A DNA stretch of 30,780 bases from a virus. Taxonomy: Duplodnaviria; Caudoviricetes. The translations under genes and the position numbers were made by a program. The notes under the pieces are model-generated. The model searched no databases. It was not told where the DNA came from and saw nothing but the letters and a program-made list of their open reading frames with translations. Of this stretch, positions 1 through 9,806 are shown one piece after another (the first letter of the stretch is position 1; every line of letters begins with the position of its first letter). The DNA is taken from IMG/VR virus record IMGVR_UViG_3300037604_000076, positions 1-30,780 of that record. One strand, 5' to 3'.

Positions 1-1242
1 TTCGAGCAGGTCCAGTTCTTCGAGAACCTGATTGTCGACAAGGAGCATCCGCACCGGTCGCGATATCAGTGCGAGAACTGCACCCATGAGATCTCGGAGA
101 CCGAGCGCGTCGTTGCGGTTCGGGCCGGTCGCTACATTGCCACGGCTCCGGGCCCGGACCGGGAGCCGGGGTTTCATGTCGACGCCTTCATCAGTCTGAT
201 GATGAGCTATGAGGCGATCGCGGAAGACTATCTGGTGTCGCTGGGCAAAGGGGAGGCGGGGGCCAAGGACTTCTCGAACCTCTACAAGGCGCTACCTTAC
301 GCGATGCGCGGCAATGCGCCCGATCATCAACGGTTGATGGAGCGGCGCGAGGACTATCAACAGCGGGTTATCCCTGCGGAAGGCCTGCTCTTCGTGGGGG
401 CTGCCGATGTGCAACACAAGGGCATCTATGCCGAACTGGTGGCATTTGCAGAAGACCGGCAGTCCTGGACGGTTGACTATGCCTATTTCGAAGGGGCCAC
501 GGACAATCCGCAAGCCGGTGCGTGGCTCGACCTCGATGCCTATTGGCGACGCCCGGTGCTCGATGCCTGGGGGCGTGAGCGATTTATCGACGCCTTCGCG
601 GTGGATGCTGGCGACGGCGGCCGCACCAACCAAGTGATGGAATGGTGCCGTCGGCGGCCAAACACTTATGCGATCAAGGGGCAATCCGGTCGCGGAGTGC
701 CGGCCATCGGTGTGCCGACCAACAAGTCGGTGACCAAGCGCGGGAAGCGCAAGAAGTACGGCTCCGCGCGAGTGTGGGCAGTTGGGACGTGGTCGCTCAA
801 GAGCGAGTTCTACGCCAACCTGCACAAGACGGGTCAGGCCGCTGGCGAACCGTTCGACCCGCCGGGCTATTGCCACTTCGCCAAATGGCAGGGCGAGGAA
901 TACTTCAAGCAGATCACTGCGGAGTATTTTGAGCAGAAGATGAAGAACGGCCGCTACCATGAGGAATGGAAGAGGATCCGCAGCGACAACCACCTGCTCG
1001 ATTGCCGCGTTTATGCAATGGCGATGGCCGAGCACCTGGGGCTGACCAGGATGACGAGGGCGGAATGGGAAGTGTTGCGCTCGCGGTTGCTGCCTTCGCC
1101 GGAGGCGGATCTGCTGTCGCCGCAGGCTCATTCGGTGCAGGCGCCCTCAAGCGCGCCGGCTCAAGAACAGAAAACGCAGGCAAGTGCCAGCGCACAGGCG
1201 ACTGACCGGTCGCGCATTGACAAGTGGAAAAAGCGGACATGA
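1..1242 (+). CDS. Terminase large subunit, lambda GpA family (5'-truncated by the window)
   Basis: Frame is open from base 1 (FEQVQFFENL...YQCENCTHEI...GFHVDAF). Nuclease motifs GAADVQ, AVDAGDG, IKG, NHLLDCRVYA. Confidence 0.93.
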   Translation, partial: FEQVQFFENLIVDKEHPHRSRYQCENCTHEISETERVVAVRAGRYIATAPGPDREPGFHVDAFISLMMSYEAIAEDYLVSLGKGEAGAKDFSNLYKALPYAMRGNAPDHQRLMERREDYQQRVIPAEGLLFVGAADVQHKGIYAELVAFAEDRQSWTVDYAYFEGATDNPQAGAWLDLDAYWRRPVLDAWGRERFIDAFAVDAGDGGRTNQVMEWCRRRPNTYAIKGQSGRGVPAIGVPTNKSVTKRGKRKKYGSARVWAVGTWSLKSEFYANLHKTGQAAGEPFDPPGYCHFAKWQGEEYFKQITAEYFEQKMKNGRYHEEWKRIRSDNHLLDCRVYAMAMAEHLGLTRMTRAEWEVLRSRLLPSPEADLLSPQAHSVQAPSSAPAQEQKTQASASAQATDRSRIDKWKKRT

Positions 1243-2876
1243 CAGCGAAGCCAAGGATGAGGGTCAAGGCCGGTCGCGGCGAAACCTCCGCGCCTGCGGT
1301 CCCTGTCGGTGCGCCGTCGACACCGAAGGTGCGGGCCGGCTACATGCGCGATACCCAGTCGGGTGTCCTGGCTTCACGGCCAGCATCGCTGCGCGAACAC
1401 CGCGATGAGGTGCGGCGGGTCTGGACCAGGGCCGCGGGCCTCGCCATGGACCTGTTGCAGAACTCCGGCAAGCTGCGGGGAGCGGCAGACCAGATCCTTG
1501 TCGACGCCGTTGGCAACGAGTTGCAACTCAACCCGAAGCCGGATCTCTCGCGGTTTGGCTACACGCGCGAAGAGGCCATTGCCTGGGTGCGCGAGATCAA
1601 GGCCGATTGGAAAGTCTATGCCTGGAACCCGCTTGAATGCGATTTCCGGGCGAAATGGACGATCCCGCAGCAGACCGATATCGGCATGCGGCACTGGCTG
1701 GCATTCGGCGAAAGTGTCGGGGTTTGCCAGTTCATGCCAGCCTCGCAACGATTGCCGGGAACACGGACCGGAACCAAGATGCTGCTGCTTTCACCGCAGC
1801 AGCTGGTGCAGGACACCAGTGAGGTCGAGGGACTATACCAGGGTGTTATCCATGACGCCTATGGCCGCCCGATCGCCTACCGCTTCGAGGAGCGGCGAGA
1901 CGGGTGGAAGCAGAAGATCGACTATCCGGCGCGTGATGCCGAGGGCCGGCAGATTGTCATGCATGCGTTTGATCCGTTCTCGAGCGATGATGTGCGCGGC
2001 CTGTCACCGCTGGCGCCGACGTTCCGCAAATTCATGATGGCCGAGAACGCGGATGACGCCACAGCGCAGCTGATGTTCCTGCAGACAATCTATTCCGCGA
2101 TCCTGACCAGCGAGCGGCCGAGTGCCGAGGCATTTGAAGCCTTCGAGGCCATGGCAGGAGCTGAAGGCGGAAAAGACCTTTCCGCTGAGTTGGTCGGCTA
2201 CTTCAAGGCGCAGTTCGAACGCGCCGCCGAAGCCGAAATCAGGCTCGGGCCCGGCGCTGGAATATCGCAACTGGCGCCCGGTGAATCTCTCGACTTCAAG
2301 AACATCACCGCGCCGGGGCCGCGGCATTCGGAAGTGACCGGCGCATTCAACCGAGAGACGGCGCGGGCGCTGGGCGTCAGCTACGGCGGCTATACGCTTG
2401 ACTATGAGAAGGCGACCTACTCCTCGATCCAGATGGAGAATGCCTCCGTCTGGCCGCTGGCGCGCCGCCGGACCGAGCGGATCGCCGCACCGCATTACCT
2501 GGTGCCCTATGCAAGCTGGATGGACGAACGGATCGAGACGGGCCTGACCAAGTTCAAGGGCGGCATCGAGGTCTACCGCGCCAACCGGGAGGCCATCCTG
2601 TGGGCGATCTGCAACGGGCCTAGCAAACCATCGGCCGACGATCTGAAGAAAGCTAAGGCCACAAGCGAACGCATTGCCAATGGCACGGGCGATCTTGAGC
2701 GCGAGATCAGCGAGGACGGTGGCGACGCCGAAGAAGTGTTCCAGAGCCGTCTCTATTGGCACAAGCGCCACATCGATGAGGGAATGAAATCACCCTTCGA
2801 GCGCGGGTTGCCAAGCGATGCAGGCAAGGACGATGAGCCTTCCGACGCGAAGCCAACCGAGAAAGAATCCGCCTGA
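1239..2876 (+). CDS. Portal protein, lambda family
   Basis: ATGA overlap with the terminase stop. Motifs FGESV, DAYGRPIAYRF, RGLSPLAP, LAPGE, ARALGVSY..T.DY..ATYSS. Confidence 0.93.
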   Translation: MTAKPRMRVKAGRGETSAPAVPVGAPSTPKVRAGYMRDTQSGVLASRPASLREHRDEVRRVWTRAAGLAMDLLQNSGKLRGAADQILVDAVGNELQLNPKPDLSRFGYTREEAIAWVREIKADWKVYAWNPLECDFRAKWTIPQQTDIGMRHWLAFGESVGVCQFMPASQRLPGTRTGTKMLLLSPQQLVQDTSEVEGLYQGVIHDAYGRPIAYRFEERRDGWKQKIDYPARDAEGRQIVMHAFDPFSSDDVRGLSPLAPTFRKFMMAENADDATAQLMFLQTIYSAILTSERPSAEAFEAFEAMAGAEGGKDLSAELVGYFKAQFERAAEAEIRLGPGAGISQLAPGESLDFKNITAPGPRHSEVTGAFNRETARALGVSYGGYTLDYEKATYSSIQMENASVWPLARRRTERIAAPHYLVPYASWMDERIETGLTKFKGGIEVYRANREAILWAICNGPSKPSADDLKKAKATSERIANGTGDLEREISEDGGDAEEVFQSRLYWHKRHIDEGMKSPFERGLPSDAGKDDEPSDAKPTEKESA

Positions 2877-3142
2877 TGTCCATGATCAAGCTTAGCGGCG
2901 TGTCAGTCGACACTTCGGATCCGTGTGCGCTCTACCAGGGTCTTTATCTGGTCAAGCTCAAACTGATCAGCGGCGAGATGACCGGGGAGTATTCGATCCA
3001 GTCTCCGGTGACTCGGGAGACGGTCATGTTCTCGCCGGCCAACCTGAAATCGCTCGACGCTGAAATGACCCGACTGCAGGCCGCATGCGAGCAGGCAACC
3101 AGCGGTCGGCGCCCGTCGCGGCGGATGCTGCTGAGATACTGA
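2876..3142 (+). CDS. Probable gpW-like head-tail joining/head completion protein
   Basis: 88 aa. Helix-beta hairpin-helix pattern (LKLISGE...YSIQ...TVMFSPANLKSLDAEMTRLQA) with a basic tail; coupled to the portal gene. Confidence 0.6.
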   Translation: MSMIKLSGVSVDTSDPCALYQGLYLVKLKLISGEMTGEYSIQSPVTRETVMFSPANLKSLDAEMTRLQAACEQATSGRRPSRRMLLRY

Positions 3143-3152
3143 AGGATTTGTC

Positions 3153-4073
3153 ATGAGCCTACGTTTTGCACAAGTCGCACAGCGGGTGTTCAACACGCCC
3201 CTGATGTACGATCCCAGCAAGGCGGAGGCATTCCTGCATGGTCTGGGCAGCCGGATCGCGGGCGACACTGTCGTCATCACGAATCCATCTGGCGCTGTCG
3301 ATCATGTTGCAGGGTCGAATGGCCGTCCCCTGGCAGGCAAGCTTGGCGGTCGGATTGAGCGGGCCTATACCAGGCACAACGTTTTGCCATTCTCCATGGT
3401 CGACAATGTTGCGATCATCGAAGTTGAAGGCACTCTTGTTCACAAGGGCGGCTGGGTCGGCAACAATTCGGGGGAAACGTCCTATCAGGGGCTGCAGGCG
3501 CAGATCGCGATGGCGCGGAAGTCGCCGCAGGTCAAAGGTGTCGTGTTCGAATGTGACAGCTATGGCGGCGAGGTCAGCGGAGCCTTTGAAACAGCGGCTG
3601 CGATTGCACAGCTCTCTCGTGAGAAACCAACGATCTCGATCTTGACCGACTTTGCCTATTCCGCCGGCTATCTGCTGGGGGCGCAGAGCCGTCAGATCGT
3701 GATGCCACGCTTCGGCGGAGCGGGATCCATTGGCGTGATCATGATCCATGCCGACTACTCGCAGGCACTTGAACAGGAGGGCATCAGGCTCACCATCATC
3801 CGCTCGGGTGAGAAGAAAGCGGATGGCAGCCCTTATGAGCCGCTGGGTGCCGAGATCGCTCTGAAATGGCAGGCCCAGGCTGATGCCATGCGCGTTGAAT
3901 TTGCCGGGGCAGTTGCCAGGGGCAGGGGCAACCGCATCACGAAAGCAAAGGCGCTCGCCACCGAAGCCGGGGTCTATGACGCCGGCGAAGCGGTCGCGAT
4001 GGGTCTTGCCGATGCGATCGGTGATCCGCTGGAGGCGTTTGACGCATTCGTCGGTGAAGTGAACCGGGGATAA
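3153..4073 (+). CDS. Prohead protease, S49 family (lambda gpC-like)
   Basis: VAIIEVEGTLV, DSYGGEV, AYSAGYLL, GSIGVIMIH, IRSGEKKADGSPYEPL motifs. Confidence 0.93.
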   Translation: MSLRFAQVAQRVFNTPLMYDPSKAEAFLHGLGSRIAGDTVVITNPSGAVDHVAGSNGRPLAGKLGGRIERAYTRHNVLPFSMVDNVAIIEVEGTLVHKGGWVGNNSGETSYQGLQAQIAMARKSPQVKGVVFECDSYGGEVSGAFETAAAIAQLSREKPTISILTDFAYSAGYLLGAQSRQIVMPRFGGAGSIGVIMIHADYSQALEQEGIRLTIIRSGEKKADGSPYEPLGAEIALKWQAQADAMRVEFAGAVARGRGNRITKAKALATEAGVYDAGEAVAMGLADAIGDPLEAFDAFVGEVNRG

Positions 4074-4087
4074 CCCAGGAGAAAATC

Positions 4088-4672
4088 ATGACCAGTCTTA
4101 TTGCCAGCATTCGGGCCGCCGTGCGTCCCGGAGCGGTAAACCCATGCCTCGACGATGTCGAAGGCGAACCCGAGGCAACCGCCGGCGCAGCCGATGCGGT
4201 GCCGACCACACCTAAACCAACCCCCGGAGGTGACATGTCTGAGAACCAGACTGTGGCCGGCGCAGAGCCTTCTGACGCCGCAACCAACGCCGCCGTCGCA
4301 GCCGCCGCTTCCGGTGGTGCAGACGGCTTCAAGCAGGCCATGGACCGCATGAATGCGATCCTTGGCGACGACAGCATCAAGGGCGATGCCAAACGGATGT
4401 CGGCAGCCGTCGAGCTGGCAAACGCTTCGCCGGACATGGCCGCCGATGCTGTCATCAAGTTTGTTTCGGCGAATGTGTCCGCAACGGCAACTGCAGCAGA
4501 AGCTGACAAACAGCAGGACAAACCTGCTCCGTCTCCCGTTGCCTACGAGCAGCAGCGGATGGCCGCGGCCGGCCTTGCGATGCCTGGTGGCAAGCCAGCC
4601 GCTGCCCCTGGCCCGAAAATCAACCGTGACGCCATCTTCGCGGCGCGTCGCACGACCCAGAAGGGAGCATGA
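4088..4672 (+). CDS. Probable capsid scaffolding protein (Nu3-like)
   Basis: RBS AGGAG. Ala/Pro-rich, low-complexity helical protein between protease and decoration genes. Confidence 0.6.
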   Translation: MTSLIASIRAAVRPGAVNPCLDDVEGEPEATAGAADAVPTTPKPTPGGDMSENQTVAGAEPSDAATNAAVAAAASGGADGFKQAMDRMNAILGDDSIKGDAKRMSAAVELANASPDMAADAVIKFVSANVSATATAAEADKQQDKPAPSPVAYEQQRMAAAGLAMPGGKPAAAPGPKINRDAIFAARRTTQKGA

Positions 4673-5058
4673 CCATGCCCACCAGTTTCACCGAAACGCC
4701 GCGCGACCTTGCGTTCATCCTGTCGGAAGCAAGCGGCACCCGCTCACGGGACGTGCTCACCATCCTGTCCGGCGCTGGCAAGCTCGACGCCGGAACCGTG
4801 CTCGGCAAGCTAACGACCGGCGGCAAGTATGTTGCCTCACCCAATGCCGAGACGGTGGACATCGAGGGTGCGGAAACCGCAACAGCGATCCTCTGCTACG
4901 AGGTCGACGCCACCAGCGCCGATGTTGACGCCGTCTGCATCACCGGCGACGCGGAGGTCAAGGACTCCATGCTGGTGTTTGAGGCAACCGTCAACGATTC
5001 AACCAAGCGCGCCGCGAAGCTCACACAGCTTCGTGCGGTGGGCATCAAGGCACGATAA
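4669..5058 (+). CDS. Head decoration protein (lambda gpD-like)
   Basis: SEASGTRSRD, AGTVLGK, GAETATAIL, QLRAVGIKAR motifs; immediately before the capsid gene. Confidence 0.88.
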   Translation: MTMPTSFTETPRDLAFILSEASGTRSRDVLTILSGAGKLDAGTVLGKLTTGGKYVASPNAETVDIEGAETATAILCYEVDATSADVDAVCITGDAEVKDSMLVFEATVNDSTKRAAKLTQLRAVGIKAR

Positions 5059-5069
5059 GGAGAACTTCG

Positions 5070-6080
5070 ATGCCCGCACCAAATGTACATATTGAAGACG
5101 CCTTCAGCCTGGAAAGCCTGACGGCGGCAGTCAACGCCGTGCCGTATCGGCCCGGCCAGATCTCGGCGACCGGGATCTTCGAGGAAGACAGCGTTACCAC
5201 GACGATGATCTCGATCGAGCGTCGCAACGGAAAGCTGGGCCTGATCGAGCCTTCCGAGCGCGGTGGACCTGGCGAGACGACCGATGATGAAGACCGCACC
5301 AAGGTGCCTGTCAACGTGCCGCACTACCAACGCGATGACAGCATCCTGGCCGACGAGGTCCAGAACGTGCGCGAGTTCGGCGAGGAAAGTTCGCTGGAAA
5401 CCGTCATCGGCCGGGTCAACCGCAAGGCGCAGCGTCATGCGCAGGATCTGACCATGACGCTGGAACACCAGCGCGTTGGCGCCCTCAAGGGCATTGTCAC
5501 GTCCAAGTCCGGCAAGACCCTGGTCAATCTCTACAATGCGTTCAGCATTGCTGTCCCGGATGCGGTTTCTCTCGAGCTCGATGTCGAAGCGACGCTTGTT
5601 ACCAGCTTGTGGCAGGACGTCGTCTATTCGATCGAGGATTCCCTCGATGAACCCTATTCGGGCATCCACGTCTTTACAGGCCGCGATTTCCACAAGGCGA
5701 TGTGGCTGCACAAGTCGGTGCGTGACACGTTCCTCTACAATGACGGAGCTTCTGTTCTGCGCCAGGACGTGCCGGATGTGTTCCAGTTCGGTGGAGCGAC
5801 CTGGGAGCGCTACAAGACAGGCGTCAAGGCGACCGCTGATCTGGGTGCGGCCTATATCGCGGCCAATGAAGCCCGCGTGGCGGTCCTCGGCGTTCCCGAT
5901 CTCTACATCACCCGGTTTGCCCCGGCGGATTACAACCAGACAGTCAACACCCCTGGCCTGCCGTTCTACAGCCAGGCGGTCGAGAAGCGGAACGGCAAGG
6001 GATACGAACTCGAAGTGCAGAGCAACCCGATTTCGATCTGCACCCGTCCCGAAGTGCTGCGCAAGCTGACGCTGACCTGA
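5070..6080 (+). CDS. Major capsid protein, lambda E family
   Basis: FSLESLTAAVN, TLEHQRVGALKG, LVNLYNAF, FAPADY, QSNPISICTRP motifs; RBS AAGGAG. Confidence 0.93.
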   Translation: MPAPNVHIEDAFSLESLTAAVNAVPYRPGQISATGIFEEDSVTTTMISIERRNGKLGLIEPSERGGPGETTDDEDRTKVPVNVPHYQRDDSILADEVQNVREFGEESSLETVIGRVNRKAQRHAQDLTMTLEHQRVGALKGIVTSKSGKTLVNLYNAFSIAVPDAVSLELDVEATLVTSLWQDVVYSIEDSLDEPYSGIHVFTGRDFHKAMWLHKSVRDTFLYNDGASVLRQDVPDVFQFGGATWERYKTGVKATADLGAAYIAANEARVAVLGVPDLYITRFAPADYNQTVNTPGLPFYSQAVEKRNGKGYELEVQSNPISICTRPEVLRKLTLT

Positions 6081-6111
6081 TCCATCTGCCTCTTGAGGCA
6101 GACGGCATGAG

Positions 6112-6143
6112 AGAGGGGCCGGGTTGATGCCCGGTTCCTTTTT
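6112..6143 (+). terminator. Rho-independent terminator after the capsid gene
   Basis: GGGGCCGGG-ttgatg-CCCGGTTCC followed by TTTTT; preceded by hairpin TCTGCCTC-tt-GAGGCAGA (6085-6102). Confidence 0.65.
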
Positions 6144-6192
6144 CCAGGCGACCGCCCGCTGCGGTCCCCCGGCAAGAGGAAAGGACCCTACC

Positions 6193-6579
6193 ATGAGCAA
6201 GAAAATCAGCATTGCATTCCCGCAGGGCGGCATCGTGCCTGGCTCGGTGCTCGGCAAGAAGGAAGACCAGACATGCGCCGCGATGGAGCCGGTCTCTGTT
6301 CCTGAAGCCTATGGCCGGCATCTGATCGAGGACCGCTTTGCCGTCGAAATCACTGACGCCGGCAAGACGAAGAAGAAGGCGGAGGGCGGAGCAGGGAAGG
6401 GGGAAAAACCTGGCACTGCCAACCCGCCCAAGGATTCGCCGGAGATCACCGCCGCGAAGGCCGCCATCGTCGAGGCCGAGCAGCTTGTGGCCGCTTCAGG
6501 AACAGATGCCGCGGCCAAGGCTGAAGCGGAAGCCATGCTCAAAGCGGCGCAGGACAAACTGGCGCAGCTCCAGGCCTGA
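6193..6579 (+). CDS. Hypothetical head-associated protein (position of lambda FI)
   Basis: ATG 6193 with RBS AAGGA, downstream of the terminator. Lys-rich linker and Ala-rich helical C-terminus. Confidence 0.6.
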   Translation: MSKKISIAFPQGGIVPGSVLGKKEDQTCAAMEPVSVPEAYGRHLIEDRFAVEITDAGKTKKKAEGGAGKGEKPGTANPPKDSPEITAAKAAIVEAEQLVAASGTDAAAKAEAEAMLKAAQDKLAQLQA

Positions 6580-6581
6580 TC

Positions 6582-6965
6582 ATGGATCTGGAAACGGTGC
6601 GGGCAGGGCTGCCCTCGATGACACGGCAGGGTTTTGGCGAGAATGCCAATATCCTGCCAATGCGGGAGGGCAAGATGGCCGGCGCCGGGGCTGATCCGGA
6701 GCGAGAGGTGCAAGAGGATGTCCGGGGCCGTTTCGATTTTGCTCCGGAACTTGAGCAGATGGGCGGCGGCCGCTCTTCGGAAACCAACCGCGCCAACGTG
6801 ATCTCGCCGCACGCGAGCGTAAGCTTCGCACTTAGCGACCTGGCTTGGGTTCCGCAGCCAGGGGACCAGGTCGAGCGGCAGACGGCAGCACCGGAGCGCT
6901 ACAGGATTGACCGGATTCTGGAGCCTCTGCCCGCCGTGGTGCTTTGCGTGGTTTCGAGGATCTGA
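6582..6965 (+). CDS. Probable head-tail joining (head closure, FII-like) protein
   Basis: 127 aa, beta-rich with PQPGDQV...YRIDRI motif; synteny. Confidence 0.55.
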   Translation: MDLETVRAGLPSMTRQGFGENANILPMREGKMAGAGADPEREVQEDVRGRFDFAPELEQMGGGRSSETNRANVISPHASVSFALSDLAWVPQPGDQVERQTAAPERYRIDRILEPLPAVVLCVVSRI

Positions 6966-7762
6966 TGAGTATTGTTCGCCAGCTGGTGCAGATCGCGGTG
7001 GTCGAAGCGCTGCGCGGCCGGACGGCTGCGCTCGGCAATGTGTTTGACAGCAAGATGGACACGTTGCCCGGACTCTTGAAGGGCGGGGCTGAGCCGGTTC
7101 TGGTGTTCTCGATCGAAGAGTCGGTGGAAGACGCGGACGATGCGACGGACGGTTTTCTGGGGCGAGGCGGGCGTTTGACCGGGATGATGCAGTCGGCGGT
7201 GGCATCTGGAAAGGAAGTACGGAACGGGCAGGGCACGGTGACCGTACCCGTGCTCGGAGAAACGGATTCTGCATATGAAGCGCTGCTGAACATCATCGAT
7301 CGCCAGTGGCGTGCGGTTCTGCATGACCACGCCAATCCGTGGTCGATGGTGTTTCGCGATCTTGTAGTTTCCGTCGGACCCATACGCACAGTCCGCGCAA
7401 CCGATCCGGAAACCGGCACAAAGCACGCATGCCGGTTTTCACAGTTCGAGATCGAGACATTGCCGGAACCTCTGCCCGGCGATCCTATTGCCGATGCAAT
7501 CTCGGCAGGGTTGGCTTTGATGGCAAGTGACGGTGACGCCGCCTATGCCGCGCTGGCTGAGACATGGCAGGAGATCCTGGCATTGGGCGCGGATTGGCAG
7601 GACTGGGAGAAGCTGCAGTCCGCCCTGTTCGCTTCAAACAGCGAACTGCTCGCAGTCGGGCTCGGTCCGATCGAGGGTGATGAAGACAGAGATACGCCTG
7701 ACATGACCACAGGAACTCTTGTGGTCAATGATGGCGATCCGATTGAGGTCACCGAGCCATGA
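6965..7762 (+). CDS. Phage neck/tail-completion-like hypothetical protein
   Basis: TGATG coupling with the upstream gene. Acidic 265 aa; N-term IVRQLVQIAVVEALRGRTAALGNVFDS resembles tail terminator proteins. Confidence 0.5.
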   Translation: MSIVRQLVQIAVVEALRGRTAALGNVFDSKMDTLPGLLKGGAEPVLVFSIEESVEDADDATDGFLGRGGRLTGMMQSAVASGKEVRNGQGTVTVPVLGETDSAYEALLNIIDRQWRAVLHDHANPWSMVFRDLVVSVGPIRTVRATDPETGTKHACRFSQFEIETLPEPLPGDPIADAISAGLALMASDGDAAYAALAETWQEILALGADWQDWEKLQSALFASNSELLAVGLGPIEGDEDRDTPDMTTGTLVVNDGDPIEVTEP

Positions 7763-8262
7763 AGCTGACGGACAATCTGCTCGCGATGAGCGCCGATCTT
7801 GCCATGCTCAAGAGCGCGTTCGGCAATTCGCTCAAGGTGGGGCCGATCGAGGAAGTCGACCCGATCAAAGGGTATCGCGCCAAATGGGGCGAGATAGATG
7901 GCAAACCCTATCTGTCGCCATGGATCCCACATCCGGAGAGCGGCAAGACATCAGTCCCGCTTGAAAAGGGTGATATCGTCGGTGTCATTAGCCCGTCTGG
8001 CGATCCTCGTCAGGCTGTGATGTTCCGTGCAGGGTACTCTGGCCCACGGCCGAGCCCGAATGATGACATGGCCGCCAATGTGTTTGAAGCGGCGGGAGTA
8101 CGGATTGTCGTGGCAGGTGGCTTGATCAAGATCGTCGGCAATCTGCTGGTTGAAGGCAATGCCGACTTCAATGAAGGCCACTTGCAGGCTCACGGCAAGA
8201 ATGTCGGCCATGACCACGGTCATGTGTCGGCGCCGCCAGGACCTCCGGGGCCCCCCGTCTAA
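7759..8262 (+). CDS. Baseplate assembly protein V (spike)
   Basis: VGPIEEVD, SPWIP, GDIVGVISPSGD; C-terminal HDHGH metal-binding apex motif. Confidence 0.85.
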   Translation: MKLTDNLLAMSADLAMLKSAFGNSLKVGPIEEVDPIKGYRAKWGEIDGKPYLSPWIPHPESGKTSVPLEKGDIVGVISPSGDPRQAVMFRAGYSGPRPSPNDDMAANVFEAAGVRIVVAGGLIKIVGNLLVEGNADFNEGHLQAHGKNVGHDHGHVSAPPGPPGPPV

Positions 8263-8278
8263 CCGATCAGGAGAGATC

Positions 8279-8488
8279 ATGGAAAAGCACACTTATGTGG
8301 TGGCTGAGGGAATCCCGGCCATCAACGGCAAAGCCGTGCCTGCGAACCGCGAAGTACAGCTGACAGAGAGGGAGGCGCTGTTTGACCTGTCGCTCGACCG
8401 CATCACGCTCAAGCCGTCGCGGGCCATTGGCAGGAAGACCAGGCTGGAGCCCGAGCCGGCCAGCGATGCTGTGAGCGACGAGGGCTGA
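8279..8488 (+). CDS. Small hypothetical phage protein (69 aa)
   Basis: RBS AGGAG plus ATG 8279; VQLTEREALF motif; fills the V-W gap. Confidence 0.7.
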   Translation: MEKHTYVVAEGIPAINGKAVPANREVQLTEREALFDLSLDRITLKPSRAIGRKTRLEPEPASDAVSDEG

Positions 8489-8493
8489 CGCAA

Positions 8494-8889
8494 GTGGCAG
8501 GAATCGACCGGCGCACCGGCAAGATCATCAGCAATTATGACAGCGCTCTTAAGGCCGTCGAAGTCATTCTGTCGACGCGCATCGGCAGCCGTGTCATGCG
8601 GCGGCAGTTCGGTGGGGGTGTCGCGGAGCTCCTCGGCCGGGCTGTGACGCCGCCCTTGTTCGCGCTGTTCCTGCAGCTGGTGGCGACGGCGATCGACACC
8701 TGGGAGCCGCGTTTCCGGGTTCGCCAGGTAGTTCCACTTGGGACCGTTGAGCAGATCAGGGCTGGGCAGGTGGGCGTGCGGTTTGCTGTTGACTACCGGC
8801 CGCGAGGGCATCTCGGCGATTTCACCGTGGAACGTGTGCTGAGCTTTGGGCTGAGTTTCCGTGCCGGCGGCCTGAAGGTGGTGGCATGA
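8494..8889 (+). CDS. Baseplate wedge protein, GPW/gp25 family
   Basis: GIDRRTG, ILSTRIGSRVMRRQFG, AIDTWEPRF motifs. Confidence 0.92.
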   Translation: MAGIDRRTGKIISNYDSALKAVEVILSTRIGSRVMRRQFGGGVAELLGRAVTPPLFALFLQLVATAIDTWEPRFRVRQVVPLGTVEQIRAGQVGVRFAVDYRPRGHLGDFTVERVLSFGLSFRAGGLKVVA

Positions 8890-9806
8890 CAACTGTTATC
8901 GACCTGACCCGGATCGGCGCGCCGTCCGCGATCGAGGTCCTGTCCTATGAAGAGCTTCTAACAGGGTTTAAAGAGCGGTTCCAGGCTTTCTGGGAAGAGG
9001 CCAGGTTGGTTGATACCAGCTTGCCCGCCTATGACGTTTCCATGCTCGAGACGGACCCGGCCATCATCGTTGGGCAGGCGTGGTCGTGGCTTCGCCTGTT
9101 GGATCGTGGCCGGGTGAACGACGGCATCAAGGCGCTGCTTGCGGCCTTTGCCAGACGGACCGATCTCGATCAGCTGGTGGCGCGCAACGCCATTGTGCGC
9201 AAGATCGTCCAGGAGGCGACCGAAACAACCGGGGCGATCTATGAGAGCGACGAGAAGCTGCTCTATCGCTATCTCCTATCCTTCGATGGCCGGTCTGCTG
9301 GCTCTGCCGAGCGCTACATGTTCGAAGCGCACACCGCGTTGCCGATCCTGCCCATCGGCGGCCTGGCAGTAAATGGTCATCGGGTGCATGGCAGGCGTGG
9401 CGATATCGATCTGGTGGCAAGCGGCCCCGGCCGCCGGGCGCTCACCGATGAAGAGATGGCAACCCTCAGGCTCGCCTGCCTGGCCGATCATGTTGTGCCC
9501 GAGACCACCGATGCGGTCCTGCTGCCCGCCGAGATCCACGAGTACCGGGTGCGCCAGACCATCTATGTCTCCGCCGGTCCATCGCCCGCCGTTCTGGCGC
9601 AGGATGCTCAAGCGCGGGTGCGGGCTCTCACCGACAAGGCGACCCTGATCGGATCAAAGGTGATACGCGACTTCATTGCAGGCGCTGTTGCCGGCGACAG
9701 CATCATTGATGCCGTTACCCATGAGCCTGCGGCCGACATCATCGCCAATCGCTACACGGTTCCCGTCTGCACCTCGATCGAGATTGCCGTTGAGGTGCTG
9801 CCATGA
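8886..9806 (+). CDS. Baseplate J protein
   Basis: IDLTRIGAPSAIEVLSYE, LETDP, RVND, AFARRTDLDQL, ESDE, SAGS motifs. Confidence 0.92.
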   Translation: MTTVIDLTRIGAPSAIEVLSYEELLTGFKERFQAFWEEARLVDTSLPAYDVSMLETDPAIIVGQAWSWLRLLDRGRVNDGIKALLAAFARRTDLDQLVARNAIVRKIVQEATETTGAIYESDEKLLYRYLLSFDGRSAGSAERYMFEAHTALPILPIGGLAVNGHRVHGRRGDIDLVASGPGRRALTDEEMATLRLACLADHVVPETTDAVLLPAEIHEYRVRQTIYVSAGPSPAVLAQDAQARVRALTDKATLIGSKVIRDFIAGAVAGDSIIDAVTHEPAADIIANRYTVPVCTSIEIAVEVLP

